DNA from: Clostridia bacterium
GTDB lineage: Bacteria > Bacillota > Clostridia > UMGS1883
Direction: 5' to 3'
DNA length: 64,000 nucleotides
Assembly: GCA_045651805.1 (NCBI GenBank)
Contig: JAZRTB010000090.1
Location: forward strand, 13,295 to 77,294
The stretch's first letter is position 1; the number at the start of each line of letters is the position of its first letter. This document shows, piece after piece, positions 47,754 through 56,075 of this stretch. Both the position numbers and the translations under genes were made by a program. The notes below the pieces were generated by a model. That model was not told the origin of the DNA and made no database searches. It saw only the letters and a list, made by a program, of their open reading frames with translations.

Positions 47754-50700
47754 TCAGCCGTTTAAGTCGGCATTTTTAAATGTTATGGGTGAAATGCCTT
47801 TATCGCCTATAACGAATACCTTAAGTGCATCTACATCTGCATTTTTCGCAGGTGCAACAAAGCCTGCAAGCTTAAGAATACCTGTTTCAGCACTATAGTT
47901 TTCATTGTCTTTAAGGCTGATAATATTTGTGGAAACAAGCTTCTTGCCGTTATACTGTGCGATTACAACCTTATCTGTTTCAGCATTTACGCCTTCAAGC
48001 CATACACCGTTAAGAGCAGCTGTGCTTGCTGCAAGTCCGCGGATAGACGCAGGAGCAACTCTTCTTCTGAAGGTCTTTGTCTCTGTGATGCCGTCCTTTG
48101 TTGCAGTTACTGTAACTTCAACAACCTGCGGATAATCAACATTAACTGCTGTTGCATCCACGCCGTTAATCTTCCATGAGATTTCGGGACCGTCTGTTAC
48201 ATAAGTGTATGTAGAAACGTTAGAAGGCTTGATTGAGCCATTCTCTTCAACATCTCTGTTAAACGCATCGGCTGCTATATTCCAGCTTCTGCCGATTGTC
48301 ATTGAAGGAAGCTCGCAGTTTGTAAGAACGGGTTTGATATAGCTTGAACCGAAGTCGATAAGTGCCGCATTAAGTGCCGCATTTACTTCTGATTCGGTGC
48401 TGTTTGTGAACTTACGGATAGAAACGTTATCCACCCAAAGTTCGCCCTTGTTACTACATTCAAGTGAGATACCTCTTACAGAGCCACCACCGTTTTTAGT
48501 AGTTTTCATATTAGCCTGAAGCATGGGAAGCTCGGTATAAAGCTTGCCGTCAATATAGAGAACGAATGTCTGTGAAAGTGCATTGAAATCAACTGTTACG
48601 TTAATCCACTCGCCCTCTTTTTCCAAAAGCTCGGAATCCATCTGGAGGTAAACAGTTTTTGCGCTGTTAGCCTTAAGCTTTGATCCATCGGCTTCTGCTT
48701 CGGGAAGTGTTGTGGTAACGGCTACCTTATTTGTTACGAAGTTAAACATAACAGAAACACCGTTGTAAGCCGCAATAGTCTTTATCACGATACCGCCGCT
48801 GGAAGCATCGTTTCCGTTAACGTACTTGACATCTGCAGAAACAACCGCTCTGCCCTTCCAGTCGCCATAGCTGATAATACCGATATTATCAGATGATGTG
48901 TGTTTGCCGACTTCGGCAGTTGAAAGGTAAAGAACCTTACCGTGTGACGCATCTTCGTCGTCAACATAAGTTGCCTTACCTGCAGAAACAGTTGTGTCAG
49001 AGAAGTCTGACGAAGAAAGAAGCTGTGTTCCGTCGGGTGCTGTCATTGTGAAAGCTACCGTGTCGCTTGCCGCACCTGCGGAGATTGTCGCAGTCATTGT
49101 AACTTCATCTTTGGTAAGGAATGATGCTGATTTAACAACTTCACCGTCATTTGAAATGTATTCGGGTGCAGATGATTCCCACGCGATGCTTACGCCTATG
49201 GCGTCAAGGTCGTAATCCGCATATCCGTTATCAAGGTCAAGCACGTCGCCAATAGCACTAACCGTACCGATTGAAGATTTTTCAACAAAGCCCTTGAAAA
49301 GTGCTACCTTTTCTTCTGCAGGAAGTGTAGCGATAGCATCATCAAGAGTGTTTTCTGCGTAAAGCGTGATATTATCAATATCAAATGCACCGCTTGCAGA
49401 TCTCCAGTCAACGTAAAGGTTAGCAGATGTAATATTTTCCAAATCAACCGAAGGACAAGTTGCGGTTGATATTGTTTTACCATCTATAATATAGCTTACA
49501 ACTTTTGTTAAATTATCAATTTTAATCTGAAGATTAACAAATTCAGAGGGCGGTTTAATATAACCGGTAGTAGAACCACCATACCAAGCCTGTCCTGTTG
49601 CCCAGTCCTGACCATGAAGCATAGTTGAACGGTTTATAAATTCAGCTACCTCTGTGTTGTTAATACGAAGACCTACATTGATAACATTTGCCATGGGTGT
49701 TGAAGTCTTATAATCAAAGGACATTATGTAGTAGCGTCCACTTCCTAAAGAAGGAGCATTATCGAAGGAATAAGTAATTACCTTCGATGTTCCATTTGAA
49801 AGAGAACTTGAAACTCGTGCGTAGCTATTGCCGTTGTCAACAACATTCACTACACTTGCTTCGCTGCTTGAAACATTCCAACCGGGTTCCGCAATAGCCG
49901 CACCGTCTGAAAGATCATAGCTGTCGAAATCAACAGTTTCACTTCTGCCGGAAAGCGAGAGAGGAAGAACTGTTACATCGTATGTTTTTACCATATCTTC
50001 CGCACCGTCAACTGAAAGTGTGCCTGTGATTTGTGCTGTCTTTTCATTTTCAAGGTCACGCTTTATTGTACCGTCTTCTGCGATAACATCAGCATCTGAA
50101 GTTTCCCATGAAATGCTTATACCTGCAGGAAGTTCTTCATCGGCTGTGAATTTAAGGTTGTTTCCAACGCCTTTAAAGCTACTGCCATCGGTTACATATT
50201 CCTCTGAAAGGAGATATGAATAATTTGCAAGCATTTCTTCGGGAGTTGCTGTAAGAAGTGCTTCTTCAGCAGGAATTTCTTCATACACGACGAAGCTATC
50301 GATTGCGAAATTACCTGTACATCCGCCACCTGCATTAGTGAACATAATTGCTGTCATTACTGTGCTTGCAACTTCATCAGATGTGTGACCTTCACTCATA
50401 TAGAAGCTTGAATCTGTGCTGTCAAAAAGATTCTTCGCACATTTTACACCGTTGCCCCAGAATTCGCCTGTCTGGGGATTGTACTTGATTTCCACATTAG
50501 CTTTTCTGCTGGCACCCATCCAGTTGTTACCAAATCCGGCATTACCGGGATACATTCTTGCAACTGTTGCAGTATCATAATAACCAATTCTTGTACCTTC
50601 TGCATCATATCTGTTACCTGAAATACGGATATCAATACCTGATGAAGTAACTTCTGTGATGTTAACAAGGTCAAAACGGATTACAACAATCTTATCACCT

Positions 50701-51158
50701 GAAGCCTGGGGAAGAGTCTTTCTGATGTGTGTTCTTGCCACAGCTGTAGGTCCGATAATTATGTTGAAAACACCGTTTTCAAATACTGAAGGTTCATTAC
50801 CTTCAGGAGCGCTGAAACTCCAGCCGTCATATTCATCCGCTGAAAAATCCTCCGCAACTTTAATATCGGCAGTCTTTGCCTTTACAACTACATCGAAGGG
50901 GACACCGCCATCGATTGTAAGAGTAACTGTTGCATCCTCATAAATGGGGCGTGTTACGTCACCGTCAAGAGCGATAACCGCCTCGTTTGAAGATGTGATT
51001 GTGTGACTGCCGAGATCAAGGTCTTCTGTCACAAACATTGAGGGCTGACCGTTTGCAATTTCAGCAAAGTCAACCGCTGTTTCTTCTGCCATTACTGAAA
51101 ATGATACCATTGAAAGCGCCATTAACAACGAAAGGCAGAGTGCCATAATTTTTTTCAT
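47754..51158 (-). CDS. Giant secreted surface protein, paralogue 3 (1134 aa)
   Basis: Signal peptide MKKIMALCLSLLMALSMVSFSVMA. It is collinear with paralogue L over its whole length at a lower identity. Confidence 0.9.
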   Translation of the reverse strand: MKKIMALCLSLLMALSMVSFSVMAEETAVDFAEIANGQPSMFVTEDLDLGSHTITSSNEAVIALDGDVTRPIYEDATVTLTIDGGVPFDVVVKAKTADIKVAEDFSADEYDGWSFSAPEGNEPSVFENGVFNIIIGPTAVARTHIRKTLPQASGDKIVVIRFDLVNITEVTSSGIDIRISGNRYDAEGTRIGYYDTATVARMYPGNAGFGNNWMGASRKANVEIKYNPQTGEFWGNGVKCAKNLFDSTDSSFYMSEGHTSDEVASTVMTAIMFTNAGGGCTGNFAIDSFVVYEEIPAEEALLTATPEEMLANYSYLLSEEYVTDGSSFKGVGNNLKFTADEELPAGISISWETSDADVIAEDGTIKRDLENEKTAQITGTLSVDGAEDMVKTYDVTVLPLSLSGRSETVDFDSYDLSDGAAIAEPGWNVSSSEASVVNVVDNGNSYARVSSSLSNGTSKVITYSFDNAPSLGSGRYYIMSFDYKTSTPMANVINVGLRINNTEVAEFINRSTMLHGQDWATGQAWYGGSTTGYIKPPSEFVNLQIKIDNLTKVVSYIIDGKTISTATCPSVDLENITSANLYVDWRSASGAFDIDNITLYAENTLDDAIATLPAEEKVALFKGFVEKSSIGTVSAIGDVLDLDNGYADYDLDAIGVSIAWESSAPEYISNDGEVVKSASFLTKDEVTMTATISAGAASDTVAFTMTAPDGTQLLSSSDFSDTTVSAGKATYVDDEDASHGKVLYLSTAEVGKHTSSDNIGIISYGDWKGRAVVSADVKYVNGNDASSGGIVIKTIAAYNGVSVMFNFVTNKVAVTTTLPEAEADGSKLKANSAKTVYLQMDSELLEKEGEWINVTVDFNALSQTFVLYIDGKLYTELPMLQANMKTTKNGGGSVRGISLECSNKGELWVDNVSIRKFTNSTESEVNAALNAALIDFGSSYIKPVLTNCELPSMTIGRSWNIAADAFNRDVEENGSIKPSNVSTYTYVTDGPEISWKINGVDATAVNVDYPQVVEVTVTATKDGITETKTFRRRVAPASIRGLAASTAALNGVWLEGVNAETDKVVIAQYNGKKLVSTNIISLKDNENYSAETGILKLAGFVAPAKNADVDALKVFVIGDKGISPITFKNADLNG

Positions 51159-51220
51159 AACATTTTCCTCCTTATATATATTAAATTTAATTTTACCATA
51201 GCATAAAGAATGCTACTTTG

Positions 51221-51249
51221 AGTTTACCTTTTTTTCGCAACTTTGTCAA
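51221..51249 (-). promoter_or_regulatory. Promoter TTGACA-17-TAAACT of paralogue 3 (fixed, not IR-bounded)
   Basis: The reverse complement reads TTGACAaagttgcgaaaaaaaggTAAACT. It is followed by a degenerate TTACCA-type hairpin at 51193-51216. Confidence 0.6.
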
Positions 51250-51435
51250 TTCAAATTTGTCCGCATTGTTTGTATTTTTGTTCGCACAAATAAATTCCTG
51301 TAACATTTAAACAAATTTTAATCAATTATATTATACAATTTAATTTTACATCACTTTTTTATTTATTTCCTTGAAATTATTGTTGTCATCACATAAAAAC
51401 AAGAATATTTTGTTATTTTATTAATGCAATTCATA

Positions 51436-51469
51436 TAATCAAAAGACAGACGCTTCTTGCGTCTGTCTT
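51436..51469 (-). terminator. Terminator of the four-gene SLH/secreted-protein operon
   Basis: AAAGACAGACGC-ttctt-GCGTCTGTCTTT followed by a T-containing tail. Confidence 0.7.
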
Positions 51470-51479
51470 TCATAGTTAT

Positions 51480-54269
51480 TTACTTAAGCACAACAAGAAT
51501 ATCGTTAAGATGGTTTCTCTGACGCCATCCGTAAATCATTATGCTTCCGTCGCCAATGTCGATATTACCTGCCTTATCAACACTGCCTATTGTGGGAAGC
51601 TTAGTTCTGTCGCCCTTTGTAACCTCACCTGTTCTTGTATCAAATATTGTTACATAGGATGAAGATGTGATTGTTTCAACAAAGTATTCACCGTTTGCAT
51701 AAATACCAAGTGTGCCGTCTGTACCTGAAATGGGATAACCGATTACACGACCCCATGTTGTGTTAGCATAATCTGCTGCTGAATAAGGACCGAAGCCTTT
51801 ACGAACCTGTTCTTCAGAACGAAGGGGACTCATTACAAGCATAGCCTTCGATACTTCCTGCTTTTCGTTGTCAAACTGGATGACGAACACGTCACCGGGC
51901 TTTATACCTGAATAAGTATTGAAACCGGGCTTAATGTTACCTTCTGCATCTTTACCATCGCTATTATTGAATTCCTCTATAGCTGCTGCAAACACACCGG
52001 GGAAATGCTCACGGAATGTCCAGACGTTGTTCTTCCAGTAGCCTGTTACCTGCTCTCTTTCTTCGCCGAATTCGTCAATAACTGTCTTTGAGCTGATAAC
52101 GGTGAAGGGCTTGTCGTCAAAGCTTGTCGTTGTGGTAGCACAAACCATTGCACCTACTGCCCAGTTCTGGTCAGCATCGTAAAGAGCACCTGTAAGAGAT
52201 ACAAGCTGGAACTTGCTGTAAGGAATAACCTTTACCTTTGTTTCATCGGTTGTTACAATACTGCCGGGAGTTTCAATAAGGAATATCTTTGAGTTTTTGT
52301 CAAGAATATATCCTGAAGTACCGAGGTTTTTGCTTGAATAACCGGAGTATGTTGAAAAGCTTCCTGTATAAAGCTTATGGAACTTTGTTTCGTCAAATCC
52401 GTTGGGAGCTTCAGCCTCTGTTATAGTAGTATTGTCATATTCAAGCTGTGTGAATTCACCCTTTGAATTGATTTTGATTCTGATAAGCTGAGGAACGAAT
52501 GCACCTGATGTATTGTAGAGGTCCGCGCTGTTAACAACTGCATCACCGTCATTCTCGTGAACACCTGCAGAGTCAATAACTGTGAAATTCTTTGCCGCCT
52601 TAACGGTTACTGCATCGCCCTGCTCGTTAACGATTTTTACAGCCTTCTTTGTACCGCCAAGTTTATCTGTTGAATCACTGCCTACTGCAAGAAGGTATGC
52701 ATATTCCGCACGGTTCTGTGTGCCGAGGAAGAATGCCGCCTCACCTGCTACGTTTACATATACATCGTATTTAGCACCTGTTTCGGGGGCTTTAAGGCTT
52801 GAAGATGCATCATTCATCTTTTCCATATAGAATGAGCCTACACGGTATGTGCTCTCACCTGTTGTAACGAACATTGAGCCGTCTTCTTCAGTAGTGATAC
52901 TGTCAACAACCATACTTGTCTTTACATTTGACACATGAATGATAAGCTTTGTGAAATCCTTTGACTGATATACAGAAAGAAGGCTTTCATACTTTATGTC
53001 TGCAAGAGGAATTTCCTTACCTTCTGCATCGTAAACGTGGAATACTTCATATTCATTGTAAAGGATAGGTTCGTCGTAGCTGCTATAGAAAGCACCTGTA
53101 ACGGTATCAACTGTCTTTACAAGATAATCATAGAATACGTCCGCAATAATTGTTTCGTAAACCTTGTCGCCGTTGGCATCAATAAGCTTAAGTGTACCTT
53201 CAGGAATCTTAAGTGTTTCGCCTACAAAATTGGTGTAAGCGGCACCGTTATAGATAAAGTCTGCATATACGCTGATTTTAGCATCTGTTTCTTTACCGCT
53301 TTTGTTCTTATAAACGATGTTTGACTTTGTGAACTTGGAAGAATCCTTAACAAGGTCATAAGCGTTAATTACAAGTACATCGTTCCTTGCTTCATCGGCA
53401 TAAGCGTGAAGCAACACCTTCGGTTCTGTATCACGGTAGTATGCAACAACATTCATACCGATAAGGTCTGTAAACTTTTCCTGAATGCCTGTCATAAGCA
53501 CGCCGTTTACAATAGCATTGCCCTTACCTGCCATACTTTTTCCGGAAAGAGCTGTCTGACCGTTGTCAGTCATAACGCCCTTTACGGGGTAAATGTTATG
53601 ATAAACGCTGAGGAGGTTACGGTCTTCACTTGTTGTGTAAGTTGCATATTCCTCACTTACCGCGTTCATTTCGGGGATTTTTGCTTCAAGTGCCGCATCA
53701 ATAAGCATTACCGCATCGTAAAGAGTAAGGTCACGGTCATAGTTTGAAGCACCGCCACGGAGAAGACCAAGGTCTATTGCCTTTTTAAGGTAACCCTGAT
53801 AGTAACCACCGCTTACCTCTGCAAGGTCTTTATAACCAAGACCCGATACAAGCACCTTTATTGCCTGTGCATAAGTAACCTTGTTGTCGGGCTTGAATTC
53901 AAAAGCGCTTACACCAACCATAAGTCCCATCTTCTTGAGTGCAACTATTGCATTGGCATTTGTTGTAAGTTCTTTTACGTCAACATATGTGTTTTCGCTG
54001 AATGTTGCAGGATAGAAGTGATTACCCATCACCTTTTCCATAATTCCTGCAAATTCACTTCTTGAGATTGTATCTTCTGCTTTTTTATCAAATTCAGGGA
54101 AAACGCCAAGGTCAAGAAGCATTTCACGCTTGCTTTCAAAGGAGGCAAGCTCTGACTCTGAATAAAGAGGTGCCACAGGGGCTTCTTCTGCAGAGCCAAT
54201 CATTGTACCCATCTGGGTAAACAGCAACACAAGTACTGTTATGATTGCGATTAATCGTTTATTACGCAT
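51480..54269 (-). CDS. S-layer-homology (SLH) domain surface protein, 929 aa
   Basis: Signal peptide, then N-terminal SLH-like repeats (..ISRSEFAGIMEKV..; YVDV....NAIVALKKMGLMVG...FKPDNKVTYAQAIKVLV). Confidence 0.8.
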   Translation of the reverse strand: MRNKRLIAIITVLVLLFTQMGTMIGSAEEAPVAPLYSESELASFESKREMLLDLGVFPEFDKKAEDTISRSEFAGIMEKVMGNHFYPATFSENTYVDVKELTTNANAIVALKKMGLMVGVSAFEFKPDNKVTYAQAIKVLVSGLGYKDLAEVSGGYYQGYLKKAIDLGLLRGGASNYDRDLTLYDAVMLIDAALEAKIPEMNAVSEEYATYTTSEDRNLLSVYHNIYPVKGVMTDNGQTALSGKSMAGKGNAIVNGVLMTGIQEKFTDLIGMNVVAYYRDTEPKVLLHAYADEARNDVLVINAYDLVKDSSKFTKSNIVYKNKSGKETDAKISVYADFIYNGAAYTNFVGETLKIPEGTLKLIDANGDKVYETIIADVFYDYLVKTVDTVTGAFYSSYDEPILYNEYEVFHVYDAEGKEIPLADIKYESLLSVYQSKDFTKLIIHVSNVKTSMVVDSITTEEDGSMFVTTGESTYRVGSFYMEKMNDASSSLKAPETGAKYDVYVNVAGEAAFFLGTQNRAEYAYLLAVGSDSTDKLGGTKKAVKIVNEQGDAVTVKAAKNFTVIDSAGVHENDGDAVVNSADLYNTSGAFVPQLIRIKINSKGEFTQLEYDNTTITEAEAPNGFDETKFHKLYTGSFSTYSGYSSKNLGTSGYILDKNSKIFLIETPGSIVTTDETKVKVIPYSKFQLVSLTGALYDADQNWAVGAMVCATTTTSFDDKPFTVISSKTVIDEFGEEREQVTGYWKNNVWTFREHFPGVFAAAIEEFNNSDGKDAEGNIKPGFNTYSGIKPGDVFVIQFDNEKQEVSKAMLVMSPLRSEEQVRKGFGPYSAADYANTTWGRVIGYPISGTDGTLGIYANGEYFVETITSSSYVTIFDTRTGEVTKGDRTKLPTIGSVDKAGNIDIGDGSIMIYGWRQRNHLNDILVVLK

Positions 54270-54293
54270 ATTATCACCCTTGCCTTTCCTTTC

Positions 54294-56069
54294 TTATTTA
54301 ATAACTATACCGTAGATGATTTTCGCCGCCTGAGCTCTTGTAAGAGTTCCGAGGGGGCTGAATGAGCCATCTGCAAAGCCGTTAATGATGCCTGAACTTT
54401 CAAGAGTTGCAACAGCTTCAACTGCATAACCAGCTACGCTGTCTGCATCAGAGAAGCTGAGTGTGTCTGACTTTGAAACAGACTTTTTCATTACGTTACA
54501 AAGTCTGTAAGCCATAACTGAAGCATCCTGACGTGTAAGAGTTGCAGTAGGTTTGAATGTACCGTCAGCGTAGCCTGTTACGATACCTCTTGAAACAGCA
54601 CTTGCAATATAAGCACTTGACCATCTGCCTGCCTCAACGTCGCCAAACTGTGCAACAAGGTCATTATTCAGGTAACCGCCTGTTACGATAAGCATTTTTA
54701 CGAACTGCTCACGTGTTACAAGCTGATCGGGCTTAAATGTGCCATCCTCAAAGCCTTCAATAATTCCCATTTCAGCAAGTGTCTGTACTGAATCGTATGC
54801 CCAATGGTCTTTTTCCACATCGCTGAACTTCTGGGGAATTTCTTCCTTGGGAAGATTTTCTTCAATTATATCTTTGTCAATTGAAATTTCGTCTTTCTCA
54901 TTCTGTGAAGGTCTGCCGCCGAGGCCACCGCCACCGGTGCCGCCTGATGAGCCTGAATTTTCCTTCTTTTCTTCTTCAAGGAATTCGACACATTCGTCAT
55001 AAGCTTTAACTACATCGCTTGCAACCTTGAAGTTTCTTTCAACAAAGCCCTTGTTTACCTTTGTAACAGTATATTCTTCACAAGCTTCGTCGTAAGCATC
55101 CATATCAAGACCGAGGATTTCGCCGTATGTGTCAAGCACACCGCTTACGCCTTCATTGTCACGGCTGTTAAGTGCCACGATACCCATACTCTGCTTAAAC
55201 ACCTTTCTTGTGTCGAGCATTGAACGGGGAACGTATGTGCTGTTATCTTTTCCTTCCTCAATTATATTAAGGAAAATCTGTGCAACAGCTTCCTTATCAG
55301 CTGTGTAATCTTCATCAGCAATGTTTATACCGAGGATATCTGCATTTCCTTCAAGGAGTTCAACAAGCTCATCGGGAGTTTCTGCCGCATACATATCACG
55401 GAAAATGCTGATTGCAGAGAATGTATCCTGAATCTTGTACATCTCACCTGCGCTGTAGCCTTCGGGATAGTCATCAGTTTTGATTGTTTCAAAGAGGTTA
55501 TTGATAACGTCCTTGTTATCTTCATAATCACCTGCAACGTCAACACCGATAAGAAGCTCCTTCTCACGGATGAGAGGTTCTACAGTATCAGCTGTTGCAT
55601 TGTTGAATGCGGGAATTGTAACTGTGTTGATTGAATTTACATTTTCAAAGTAGATAAGTTCTGAGTCCTTTGAAACTGCCTTCTTGTAACCACCGCCTGA
55701 TGCAGATACCATATAGTATCCCGCATCAAGGTCTGCAAGGTTGAAGGAAACGCTGAATTTACCTTCAAGGTCTGCAGTTACATTCTTGATTTTTTTAATA
55801 TTAGTTACGTTAAGAGGAAACTGGGGTTCGGGATTAAGACGGTTTTCAACGTCTGCCATACCTGAAATAGTTTCCACGGGGGCGTAAACAACAACTGATA
55901 CGTTCTGTCCGTAAAGGGCAGGTGTAACACCTGTTATTGTAATTTTTTCATTATCATAGTCAATTAAGGGAGTAATCTCAAAGGATACTGTTTCCGCAGA
56001 TGCTGAAACAATATTCAGAGAAAACGCAAACATAAGACAAATGATAAGACTTAATATACGTTTTTTCAT
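54294..56069 (-). CDS. SLH-domain surface protein, 591 aa (three C-terminal SLH repeats)
   Basis: FSDVEKDHWAYDSVQTLAEMGIIEGFEDGTFKP..., FGDVEAGRWSSAYIASAVSRGIVTGYADGTFKP..., FSDADSVAGYAVEAVATLESSGIINGFADGSFSP.... A Gly-rich linker SGSSGGTGGGGLGG is also present. Confidence 0.88.
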   Translation of the reverse strand: MKKRILSLIICLMFAFSLNIVSASAETVSFEITPLIDYDNEKITITGVTPALYGQNVSVVVYAPVETISGMADVENRLNPEPQFPLNVTNIKKIKNVTADLEGKFSVSFNLADLDAGYYMVSASGGGYKKAVSKDSELIYFENVNSINTVTIPAFNNATADTVEPLIREKELLIGVDVAGDYEDNKDVINNLFETIKTDDYPEGYSAGEMYKIQDTFSAISIFRDMYAAETPDELVELLEGNADILGINIADEDYTADKEAVAQIFLNIIEEGKDNSTYVPRSMLDTRKVFKQSMGIVALNSRDNEGVSGVLDTYGEILGLDMDAYDEACEEYTVTKVNKGFVERNFKVASDVVKAYDECVEFLEEEKKENSGSSGGTGGGGLGGRPSQNEKDEISIDKDIIEENLPKEEIPQKFSDVEKDHWAYDSVQTLAEMGIIEGFEDGTFKPDQLVTREQFVKMLIVTGGYLNNDLVAQFGDVEAGRWSSAYIASAVSRGIVTGYADGTFKPTATLTRQDASVMAYRLCNVMKKSVSKSDTLSFSDADSVAGYAVEAVATLESSGIINGFADGSFSPLGTLTRAQAAKIIYGIVIK

Positions 56070-56075
56070 TATTAC

